A stretch of DNA of 64,000 bases. Origin: a virus. Lineage: Duplodnaviria > Caudoviricetes. This document shows positions 10,280 to 19,337 of the stretch, in pieces. Every line of letters begins with the position of its first letter. Within the stretch, counting starts at the first letter, position 1. The stretch is taken from positions 96,001-160,000 of the IMG/VR virus record IMGVR_UViG_3300032281_000616; one strand, 5' to 3'. The notes below the pieces were generated by a model that had not been told where the DNA came from, made no database searches, and saw only the letters and a program-made list of their open reading frames with translations. The translations under genes were made by a program, and so were the position numbers.

Positions 10280-11851
10280 ATGACAGATATCGACATCAAA
10301 GACAAACTTCTAAAAGTATCCAAGGAACAATACAAAGGATCTCTAAGATTTTTTAAACCAAAGCTTACTGAATTAATCATCGGTAAGGAAGCTCTGGATC
10401 ATATCAAAAAAAGAATAGACACTAAACTACAAAAATCACACACATTAATGCTGTATTGTTATCTGAATGATATTTATGAAACACCTAAATGTGTCTGTGG
10501 ATTTGATACAAAATTTAATACTACCACGAAGGAGTTTATGAAGTATTGTAGTAATAAATGTAGATTTGATAATTTCTCTGAGGTGGTGGAAGTCAGAAAG
10601 CAATCAAACTTAGAAAAATATGGAACAAGTAATTATCTTGCTAGTGAAGAGGGTAAGAGAAAAATAAAAGATTCTAATATTGAAAAATATGGTGTATCAA
10701 ACTACACACAGACTGATGAATATAAAGAGAGTGTTAGAGGGAAAAAGAATTCTCCTGAACAAATCCTTAAAACAAAAGAGGCGCATCTAAAAAGATCATA
10801 TACCAATCTTATTAAAAAATTTACCCACTGTAAACCTCTTTTCTCATTAGAAGAATTCGGTGGAGTGAGAGGATATAAACAATATCCTTGGTCATGTAAT
10901 AAATGTAAATCTAGTTTTATATCCTCATGTGATAATGGAAGTTCTCCTATATGTAATTATTGCGAACCTACAGGATCTAAACATGAAGTTGTTTGTAAAG
11001 AATTGCTAGAATCATTAGAGGTGGATTACAAATATCGATACAGAAAGCTACCATCTGGTAAAGAAATAGATCTATTTGTTCCAGATAAAATGTTTGGAAT
11101 AGAACTATGTGGGTTATATTGGCACTCTACCGCTGGTCCTAGTTACGCAAAACCAAATCATGTTAATAAACTAAACGAATGCGAAGAGAATGGAATAAAA
11201 TTATTTACAATATTTGATGATGAAATGTATAATCCAGTAAAGAAACGAATAGTTTTAAATAAAATTAAAAATTCAGTTGGACAAAACAAGAGAAAAATAC
11301 ACGCCAGAAAATGTAAAATAATTGAATTGGATTCGAATATATGTAGTAAATTTTTGGAAAAATATCACATTCAAGGTGCTATAGGTTCCTCTTATAAATA
11401 CGGTTTAACATATAAAAATAGGCTCGTTGCAGTAATGACATTTAATAAAGGAAGAACTTCAACTGGACACAAACCCGTAGAGGGGGAATGGGAACTTGGT
11501 AGATATTGTACGATCTTTAATTTTAATGTAGTTGGTGGTGCGAGTAAATTATTAGCTCATTTTATAAAAAATATAAACCCCACTAAAATCTATTCATATG
11601 CTGATCGAAGATGGAGTAATGGTGATATGTATAATAAAATAGGCTTCACTTTTGTTAAAAATACTACACCAAACTATTGGTATACTAAAACGTTCAAAAC
11701 TAGAGAACACAGAGTCAAATTTCAAAAGCATAAGCTAGTTGATATGCCTTCTTACGATGAGTCTCTGACAGAAGAAGAAATAATGAAAAGAGAAAAATAT
11801 TTTAAGATTTGGGATTGTGGGTCAAAACTTTATGAGTGGACTAAATTTTAA
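10280..11851 (+). mobile_element. Free-standing Hef-like homing endonuclease
   Basis: N-terminal Zn/KYG repeats (CSNKC, LEKYG, IEKYG), nuclease core EIDLFVPDKMFGIELCGLYWHS, C-terminal HIQG...LVAVMTF...GGASKLL...SYADRRWSNG...IWDCG domain. Confidence 0.8.
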
Positions 11852-11906
11852 CCTCCCCCATATATCCAATGAAAAATGAAAAATATTTTAAGATTTGGGA
11901 TTGTGG
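11792..11906 (+). repeat. 29-bp direct repeat (11792-11820 and 11878-11906)
   Basis: GAAAAATATTTTAAGATTTGGGATTGTGG occurs twice, then continues with largely synonymous divergence. Confidence 0.9.
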
Positions 11907-11946
11907 TAGTAAATTATACGAATTGAATAATTACTAAATATTTAAT

Positions 11947-12468
11947 ATGAAGTTTGATCAGTTATTTACTATATTTGAAAGTTTGGATAACCCATACCCA
12001 TGGAAGAATACATTTAAAACATCGCAAGTGATCGATGATTGGGATGATGATGGAGAAGAATATCCCAAAGATGTATTAGACCCTGTTCAAATGATTCATT
12101 TTAAGACTGAAAATGGAACACCGTATATGTGGTATGCTAGGCAAAATAGATATAATGATACATACTGGGAAATAGCTTTTGGAATGATCAAAGGTCAAAG
12201 AGAAAATGGTGAATATCAATTGGATATTGAAAAGACTGGAACCGGGAATGCATTTAGAATCTTTGCAACAATTATAGATATAACAAATTCTTTCATAGAT
12301 TATGATGGTGATAATTATGATGTTAGAGTATTAACTATATCATCTAAGGGGAATAATCGAACCTCTTTATATAAAAAATATTTAATTCCCAAAATAGAAG
12401 GATTTGATATATCACATGAACAAAATAATGGAGATGAAACCGAACTCCACCTAAGCAGAAATTTTTAA
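11947..12468 (+). CDS. Hypothetical late protein
   Basis: 173-aa ORF with TAAATA-N6-ATG; TGTGNAFRIFATI motif. Confidence 0.75.
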   Translation: MKFDQLFTIFESLDNPYPWKNTFKTSQVIDDWDDDGEEYPKDVLDPVQMIHFKTENGTPYMWYARQNRYNDTYWEIAFGMIKGQRENGEYQLDIEKTGTGNAFRIFATIIDITNSFIDYDGDNYDVRVLTISSKGNNRTSLYKKYLIPKIEGFDISHEQNNGDETELHLSRNF

Positions 12469-12514
12469 CTATTTAATATATTGTGAAATATTCCCAATTT
12501 GACTAAATAATAAT

Positions 12515-12964
12515 ATGGCTAATTATATTTTTCAGACAAATCTTTTATCTGCCGCTAAAACAGGATTCCCACCATTAGTGGGAACATCATTATCAGCTAC
12601 TGGCGTATCTTTTCTTTCTGGTGCTGGTGTAGTATTTGCATCCAGAAATGTGGGTATTGTTTCTCTATCGACTGATGACGTTGGTATTGCATTTAATCCA
12701 GTTACTCTCACTATTGCAACCAGTTCTCTACCAACATTCAATCTTACAGCTTATCCATCGGTCACAGTCAATGTTGCTGGATCTGTCTTTAATATCCCAG
12801 CTAATTTAACAACATCAAATTTCGCTGTGGTTAAAACGACTCCCGGTGATTACACAGTATTTCCTTGGTTATCTACAACCACAACTGTTCCAACATCTGC
12901 TCTATCAGCCACTCATGAAGTATCTACACAAGATTCTCGTCGTAAGCGTCTATTGGGTTATTAA
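12515..12964 (+). CDS. Probable virion structural protein
   Basis: S/T/V-rich 149-aa ORF with TAAATA-N5-ATG and a basic C-terminus RRKRLLGY. Confidence 0.7.
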   Translation: MANYIFQTNLLSAAKTGFPPLVGTSLSATGVSFLSGAGVVFASRNVGIVSLSTDDVGIAFNPVTLTIATSSLPTFNLTAYPSVTVNVAGSVFNIPANLTTSNFAVVKTTPGDYTVFPWLSTTTTVPTSALSATHEVSTQDSRRKRLLGY

Positions 12965-12971
12965 TTCTCGT

Positions 12972-13023
12972 TGTTTGTTATCATAGCTAAAACCTTTCAG
13001 GTGAAATTCTGAAAGGTTTTTTT
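12972..13023 (+). terminator. Terminator module, copy 1
   Basis: TGTTTGTTATCATAGCT + stem AAAACCTTTCAG/CTGAAAGGTTTT + T run. Confidence 0.75.
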
Positions 13024-13549
13024 GTTGACAATGAACGTCATAAAATTAAATATGAGTGATATGTATAAAGAAGAAATTGAAAAATTCGAAGCAGAATTAC
13101 AAAAAATTCCCGAGTCACATAAACAGAATGTGATCAATTTATTTACACAAAATGTGGCGGGCCTAAAAAAACTGGATGAATTTAAAAAGAATTTATCATT
13201 GCCAATTCGACACAAGATCGATACGTCTATGTTGCTTTGTAGAAATTATAGAAAACTTAAACAACATTTGAAAGTAGAAGATTATGTATACGGTCTTTAT
13301 TTTAAAAATCTATCGGATTTGAAAAAATTCGCTAGAAAAAATAGAGCCATTATTCAACAAATCGAACGATTGAAATATGATGATAATTATACCGATTCCC
13401 CACACAAGGAATCGTGGTATCAGATTTATTATTTTAAAAATACAAACATTTTTAATTACTATTTACAGTACCTCCCATTCTTCAAAAAAAAGGATAAAGA
13501 TGATTACGTTCCTAAAAGATTCCCAAAAAATACCATTCCTTATAAATAA
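13022..13549 (+). CDS. Hypothetical protein (true start probably 13052 or 13061)
   Basis: Basic/aromatic ORF; TTGACA (13025)-N16-TAAATA (13047) overlaps the annotated start. Confidence 0.6.
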   Translation: MLTMNVIKLNMSDMYKEEIEKFEAELQKIPESHKQNVINLFTQNVAGLKKLDEFKKNLSLPIRHKIDTSMLLCRNYRKLKQHLKVEDYVYGLYFKNLSDLKKFARKNRAIIQQIERLKYDDNYTDSPHKESWYQIYYFKNTNIFNYYLQYLPFFKKKDKDDYVPKRFPKNTIPYK

Positions 13550-13558
13550 GGATATAGA

Positions 13559-13609
13559 TGTTTGTTATCATAGCTAAAAACCTTTCGGGAGGAATTCTGA
13601 AAGGTTTTT
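13559..13609 (+). terminator. Terminator module, copy 2
   Basis: Near-identical to 12972-13023: TGTTTGTTATCATAGCTAAAAACCTTTCGG...CTGAAAGGTTTTT. Confidence 0.75.
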
Positions 13610-13708
13610 CTTATTAAATACTATTATCAGAAGAAATTAAAGAAAAATGAGACAAGCTAGACTAAAAAGACGCATTAATAAATCTTCAACAATAGAAACA
13701 CCAAACCC

Positions 13709-14446
13709 GTGTTTGTGAGAGGTAGTGGTAGTGGTCAAGAGTATAAAAGGGTTGATATTAAACCATATAGGGGAATTGTAGTAAAAACAAACGATCCTCT
13801 AGGGTTGAATCGTGTCAAAGTTTATATACCCGAGTTATCTAATCAACCATTTGATTCTTGGTTTGAGCAATATGATCAAATCCATGTTAAAGGTGTTGGT
13901 GAAAATTTAAAAACATTATGGAATGATAAAGAGACTAATGGTGATTGGACAGATGTTGATATTTTTGAAAAGATAGCTCAAGCTATACCATGGGCTGAAC
14001 AATGCTCACCTATAGTTGGAGAATCTAATAATTTCAGATTTTATAAAGACGGTAAACTATGTGTTATATCGGATTGTAATTATGGGGAAGGATTTTCTAC
14101 TACAGAAATACCAACTTTATCCAGTGGTTCATTTTCTCCAGCTTTTCTGTATGAAAATTTTGGAACCCGATTAGGTGATGCTTTCTCGAACCCAATTTCA
14201 AATTTATCTGGTAAATGTAATCCATATTCGTTTTCGTATGCACCCTCTAAACATGTTAACAAAGGCAAAGGATTGTTTGGAATCCCAGAAGTTGGGTCAA
14301 AGGTTTGGGTATTTCATTACGAAGGAGATTCTAATTATCCTGTTTATTTCGGTAAATATCATGATTATAGAGAATTATCTCTTATCGATGATACAGATAA
14401 TATGAATATCCTAGGAGTCAAGAAATCCATAGACTTTGACAGTTGA
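13709..14446 (+). CDS. Baseplate hub gp5/VgrG-type N-terminal OB-fold protein
   Basis: YRGIVVKTNDPLGLNRVKVYIPEL ... GLFGIPEVGSKVWVFHYEGDSNYPVYFG; GTG start uncertain. Confidence 0.8.
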   Translation: MFVRGSGSGQEYKRVDIKPYRGIVVKTNDPLGLNRVKVYIPELSNQPFDSWFEQYDQIHVKGVGENLKTLWNDKETNGDWTDVDIFEKIAQAIPWAEQCSPIVGESNNFRFYKDGKLCVISDCNYGEGFSTTEIPTLSSGSFSPAFLYENFGTRLGDAFSNPISNLSGKCNPYSFSYAPSKHVNKGKGLFGIPEVGSKVWVFHYEGDSNYPVYFGKYHDYRELSLIDDTDNMNILGVKKSIDFDS

Positions 14447-14462
14447 TATCTTAAATACTAAT

Positions 14463-16049
14463 ATGTCTCTTATATATAGGAACAAAACAATCTTGAATCA
14501 ACGTGGTGGATCTTTAGATATCGATAACACCACTGAACAAGAGAAGATAAAATTATCTCATAGATCTGGATCTAATATAAATTTTACCAATGTCGTAAAC
14601 TCGGAATTAGCTACAAATAATAAACAGACTAATGTAGTAAATGATATTTTTGAAACTTCTGGTGGTGATAAAACAGTTTATACCAATAAGGTTTCGACAA
14701 ATAGAGTTGGAGAAAATTCTTATACTTTAAAAGGATTTACTAATGAGTCTCAAATTCAAGCATTTGAAGATTGGAAAAATACTTATAGAGAAATAGCACT
14801 AAAGAATTCCGAATTTAAAACCACCAGAGGTGGATATAGTATTCCTAATGGAACAACTACAAATCTAAATGGAGAAAAATCAAAAAATCCAACCCTTGGT
14901 AATGATATTCTATCGGTTTCTAACACATTCACTGGATATAAGGGTATTCCTATAAGGAAAAGTGATAAGGATGAAGTGGTTGAATTCTCCAGAGTCTTAG
15001 ATTATAAAAAAACCAAACCAGCTACAAATAGAAAGTTAGATTCTAAACTTATAGAAAAATCCGCTGGTATATCTGGATCAAATGCTCCCGGTGTTGTCGA
15101 GTTTGGTGGTTCTGTATCTTCATCGACTGAAGGTGGAACATGGACATTGAATTCTATTAGTCTTGATAAGGATATTTTAGATATTCAAGATAAATTAACT
15201 CCAATAGAATCTAAAATGGGTAATGGTGGAGATGATATTAATTTTATTAAACGTCATAGATATGAACAAATCGGAGCGACCATAAACGATTATCCATCTA
15301 TAAGAATAGATGAAAAGGGTAGGAGTCAACCACTAGAGATGTTAATATCTACAATTGGTGCTTATAAAAATCACGATTATGTTCCTCATGTAGAGGAGAT
15401 AGATAACAGTTCTAATTTTCCATGTGGGAATGACGATAAAGTAGTAGGGAATAGAATCGCTAGAACGGTTGGCTCTGGTGGTATCAATTTAAAAACTACT
15501 GGACCTATGGAATTGGGTGGTGCTACTTTAAAGGCAGGATTCAAAAAAATAAATATAAACGCTTCTCATGGAGTTCAGATATCTTCTGAGAATGGATTGG
15601 AATTACAATCCTTAAAAACGATTGTGTTGAGAACAAACCGTCAGGTATATGTTGAGTCATCATTAGGAATTAATAAAAATTTGATCGTTGGTGGTGGTCA
15701 ATATGTAGAAGGAGAATTGTATTGTCAGCATATAACAGCACCTTTAGAGGTTCATCAGACCCAAGACACAACTGTATTGGGTAAATTCGCTACAGATGCT
15801 AATAGAAGATTAGTAATCAGTGAGACATTGATAGGTGGTCAATGGTATCCATCATATGCCTTAGCTGACGACGATCTTATTTTGAATTATCCCCACAGTC
15901 ACCATCATCACGGTATACCTATGAGGTTAACTACCAGTAATGAAATGGTGAGAGAATTCGCTCATAAAGAGGGTATGAATTCTCATGGAACAACGGTTCA
16001 ATCTTTACCTCAAATACACGAGAGAAAGTTAGCTCAAAAGTTAGTGTAA
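14463..16049 (+). CDS. Baseplate hub/spike C-terminal beta-rich protein
   Basis: EQEKIKLSHRSGS.I.F motif typical of the gp5 region after the OB fold; beta-helix-like stretches; C-terminal HSHHHH; own TAAATA-N5-ATG at 14452-14465. Confidence 0.7.
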   Translation: MSLIYRNKTILNQRGGSLDIDNTTEQEKIKLSHRSGSNINFTNVVNSELATNNKQTNVVNDIFETSGGDKTVYTNKVSTNRVGENSYTLKGFTNESQIQAFEDWKNTYREIALKNSEFKTTRGGYSIPNGTTTNLNGEKSKNPTLGNDILSVSNTFTGYKGIPIRKSDKDEVVEFSRVLDYKKTKPATNRKLDSKLIEKSAGISGSNAPGVVEFGGSVSSSTEGGTWTLNSISLDKDILDIQDKLTPIESKMGNGGDDINFIKRHRYEQIGATINDYPSIRIDEKGRSQPLEMLISTIGAYKNHDYVPHVEEIDNSSNFPCGNDDKVVGNRIARTVGSGGINLKTTGPMELGGATLKAGFKKININASHGVQISSENGLELQSLKTIVLRTNRQVYVESSLGINKNLIVGGGQYVEGELYCQHITAPLEVHQTQDTTVLGKFATDANRRLVISETLIGGQWYPSYALADDDLILNYPHSHHHHGIPMRLTTSNEMVREFAHKEGMNSHGTTVQSLPQIHERKLAQKLV

Positions 16050-16050
16050 A

Positions 16051-16677
16051 CTATTTAATAGAATCCACAATACCGTAAGAAACGCATTCTTCTGAAGTAA
16101 GATAGATATCTTTAGTCATCAACTCATCCAATTTCTTCATGGGAATTTTTGTATTCTTCTTATAGAAGTCTTTTAGGAGCCTCATTAGCATTGTTGCTGA
16201 ATCCATACCTGCTTGCAGCTCTGCAAAGGTTCCATAAATTTCACTTGATAATTGATGAATTAGCATATGTGCGTGTCTTCCACAATATCTTTTTTTGCCC
16301 ACCGATGATATTAGAGTTCCAGCGGATGCTACTAAACCATCAGCATAAGTATATACATCTGATTTTAGATTTAGAATTGTGTCAACTGTAGAGAATGCTG
16401 CATAAATCTCACCTCCCGGTGTATTGATATGTAAATGAATGACTGGTAGATACTCATCACCTAGAGTGTTTTTTAGGTTTTGTAATTTTGTATCCAATTC
16501 CACCAAGACACGGTTTAATTCTAGGCAAGATTGTTCATCTATTTCACCATAGAAAAATAGTTTATTTTCTACGACTCTTATACCACAAGATGGTTGTTGA
16601 GCTTCCTGCGAATTTATAAATAAGGGAAATCCAGTAATTGTCTTCGAATCCTTTTCTTCTTCCTCTTCATCCGACAT
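16051..16677 (-). CDS. clpP: ClpP-like (S14) protease
   Basis: LFFYGEID, IHLHINTPGGEIYAA, GLVASAGTLI (catalytic Ser), MLIHQ, YLTSEECVSYGIVD; start chosen 10 nt after the upstream stop. Confidence 0.88.
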   Translation of the reverse strand: MSDEEEEEKDSKTITGFPLFINSQEAQQPSCGIRVVENKLFFYGEIDEQSCLELNRVLVELDTKLQNLKNTLGDEYLPVIHLHINTPGGEIYAAFSTVDTILNLKSDVYTYADGLVASAGTLISSVGKKRYCGRHAHMLIHQLSSEIYGTFAELQAGMDSATMLMRLLKDFYKKNTKIPMKKLDELMTKDIYLTSEECVSYGIVDSIK

Positions 16678-16687
16678 ACGATGTCTC

Positions 16688-16885
16688 TTAGCTTTCCATC
16701 TCATCTCTTTTAGATTTATCATAATTTTTAAAATAGTCAATAGGGAATTCGGTGATTCCGGTTTTTATAGCTTCTTGTATATAAGGATTACACATCCTAC
16801 ATTTATTGCATATGTTATTCAGAGACATATTATCAATCAATATATCCCTGAATGTTATATTATAACATATACATTTTGTGATCAT
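16688..16885 (-). CDS. BFD-like [2Fe-2S] protein
   Basis: CICYNIT...ICNKCRMCNPYI (C-x-C...C-x2-C); ATGA overlap with the reductase stop codon. Confidence 0.6.
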   Translation of the reverse strand: MITKCICYNITFRDILIDNMSLNNICNKCRMCNPYIQEAIKTGITEFPIDYFKNYDKSKRDEMES

Positions 16886-19182
16886 ACAAGCTCACATGAG
16901 CCACCACTACAGGCTTGTGCTCCCATTGTATCAGCATTAATATGTGTTTCGTGATCCTCAACAACCTGAGTCCAATCTAATTCTACATATTCACGTTTAA
17001 GATCACACCACGTTTTCCATAATGATACATGCTTCATGCAATATGTTGCTCGTTTGATGTCACCGTCAAAATATCTATCACCGAATTGTTTAACTCTACG
17101 AATCCAATCAATTTTATTGTTATATTTCTCATATGCTTCTTTTCTAATGAAATACGAAGCTAAATCTGAATAATTTCTAGTAGATGGATAAATTGGTTCT
17201 CCGGGGCTAAGTGTTAAATTCTCACCATATCCCAATACAGTGTCACAAGCTCTCCATAAATTATTATTAAAAGCGGCAAGACCATCTACAATTAATCCTG
17301 ATGCAAATACAGACGCATCACCATACTCCTTAACAAGTTCTAATGGAGTTAATACCGTAGCGAATGGTGCTTGAGCATAGTCCAGATCACCCGAAGAGGA
17401 TAACAACGAAATACCAGCAAACCATTGCTGATTATCAAATATGAAATTCTCAACATCATCCCATTCATCTGATTTTACTGTAATGGTATTAGATACATTA
17501 TGTCTAGTTTTAGGATTGACACAACGCTCGACAACTGTTCCATAATCTACCCAATTTTGCTGAGTCAACTTAACCTTTTCTAAAAGATCCACAGCTTTTA
17601 GTTGGTTTTTTACAATAGCTCCCGGAGGAACTTCGCATAAAAATGAAATAACTTTATCTGTTTTGTTAGAAGACCATACAGATTCCTCGACAGCAGCAGG
17701 ATTTCTTTTTTCGGTTTCTTGTAAAGAAAATTCTGTCTTGTTTGCTTGGACTCTACGAATATATCTTTTAGCGTGATGTGGATGAATACCAGACGCAGTT
17801 CCAAGAACACAACTAGTGCTACCCGCAGGTTTAATGCACCCAGATCTAGCGCAAGGTTTAATACCGAGTAGTTTAGCGACCTTCTCATTTGTTTCTAGAA
17901 TGAACTTAACCCCAGCTTGTTGTATTTCTTCATTAAAAAGAATATCTGGATTGTCCATCATACCAGTAATGGAGCATCCGAGTAATGCTTCTTCTTCGAA
18001 AATTTCTTGCGATTCTTTAGAAAGATACTTGAAATTAGTATAACCAGCTTGGAGAGTTCCTATAATCGCTGATGCTTCACAAGCCTTTAAAAAGTTTTCT
18101 TTACTATCACACCATTTACCATTAATCTCAGTTAGATTACATCCTTGAAATCCACTACGACCATCTCTAGTTTTAGGATACATACCAATTTCAACACATG
18201 GGTTGTAACCAATATCTAAATCATCCATCCAAATAAATCCGGGTTCTCCGAATTCTTTTGTAGATTTCATTAGTTTAGCAAATTCTGCGCGAGTTACATG
18301 ACCCTTTAAAAGTGCAGCACTGTTATTGGAACGTCCACGTTGAGGATTAGTAATAAACCAATCACCAATCTTGGCGTTTAGCATTTCGTCATCATCGTGT
18401 GAAAATAAGCAAAGAGTAGCAGAACGTCGAACACCTCCTGATAAAACAGCATCAGAGATATGCATGATGATATCATAAGCATCAATGGGGCGAAGTTTTC
18501 CTACAAATTCTCCTGTTCCCGAATTGTGTAATCTCTCCTTTAATACTCGTTCTACTTTAATCAAAGATGCTTTTAATCCTTCTGGACCCGGAGCTTTAAA
18601 TTGTCCAGCAATCAACGCCCCCTCTTCTCTAATTTTTGAAAAATCGAAATCTATCCAAGCACCACTATATTCACTATTTGGAGTTTCTAAATAAGATTCG
18701 ATCAATACTCCTACAGCATCAGCCCAACCTTCGATAGAATCTTCAATAATATATTTTGTCTTTACAGCACCTTCTCTACGGTAATTAAATTTAGGTAATT
18801 GTGATACATGTTGCTTTTGAACCGAAAACCCGACTCCGCAACCACATAGGAGAGAATACATAATTTCTTGAAATACTCTACTTCTATCAATGTGTGTAAA
18901 TAGACAATTATAAACTTTCAATTCATGTTTAACAATAGGATCGCCAGCAAATTGTAGAGTTCTCTGTGCCGCCAACACCCTCTTTTTGTTTTGCATGGAT
19001 TGTGCGAATTGTAGTAATTCTTCCAATTCTGGATGTTCTTCTATTTGTTTCGCATATTTTTTCCTATGCATTTCAAAGACCCTACCCACTGCTTCTTCCC
19101 ATGTTTCTCTTCTTTTTTTGTCTTTGTTGTATCTCGCATAACGAGAATAAAATGTATAATCTGATAGTGCTTTAATGCTCAT
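16882..19182 (-). CDS. nrdJ: Ribonucleotide reductase large subunit, monomeric class II (NrdJ/RTPR)-like
   Basis: RETWEEAVGR, YNCLF, GCGVGFSV, GGVRRSA, NPCVEI, CNLTEIN, CIKPAGSTS, C-terminal ACSGGSCEL; probable start MSIKALSDY. Confidence 0.88.
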   Translation of the reverse strand: MSIKALSDYTFYSRYARYNKDKKRRETWEEAVGRVFEMHRKKYAKQIEEHPELEELLQFAQSMQNKKRVLAAQRTLQFAGDPIVKHELKVYNCLFTHIDRSRVFQEIMYSLLCGCGVGFSVQKQHVSQLPKFNYRREGAVKTKYIIEDSIEGWADAVGVLIESYLETPNSEYSGAWIDFDFSKIREEGALIAGQFKAPGPEGLKASLIKVERVLKERLHNSGTGEFVGKLRPIDAYDIIMHISDAVLSGGVRRSATLCLFSHDDDEMLNAKIGDWFITNPQRGRSNNSAALLKGHVTRAEFAKLMKSTKEFGEPGFIWMDDLDIGYNPCVEIGMYPKTRDGRSGFQGCNLTEINGKWCDSKENFLKACEASAIIGTLQAGYTNFKYLSKESQEIFEEEALLGCSITGMMDNPDILFNEEIQQAGVKFILETNEKVAKLLGIKPCARSGCIKPAGSTSCVLGTASGIHPHHAKRYIRRVQANKTEFSLQETEKRNPAAVEESVWSSNKTDKVISFLCEVPPGAIVKNQLKAVDLLEKVKLTQQNWVDYGTVVERCVNPKTRHNVSNTITVKSDEWDDVENFIFDNQQWFAGISLLSSSGDLDYAQAPFATVLTPLELVKEYGDASVFASGLIVDGLAAFNNNLWRACDTVLGYGENLTLSPGEPIYPSTRNYSDLASYFIRKEAYEKYNNKIDWIRRVKQFGDRYFDGDIKRATYCMKHVSLWKTWCDLKREYVELDWTQVVEDHETHINADTMGAQACSGGSCELV

Positions 19183-19337
19183 AATTTTATATAAATGTTC
19201 GTGTAAACTTTGCTTGATTCTAAACCATCTTCCTCTCAAAGTCAACTCGTTTCGTTCGATTATTTAGTCTCCAAAATGGCTCAAATCAAGAGCGTAGAAA
19301 TATATCCGATATGATAAATAAAGGACTAAATAAGATT

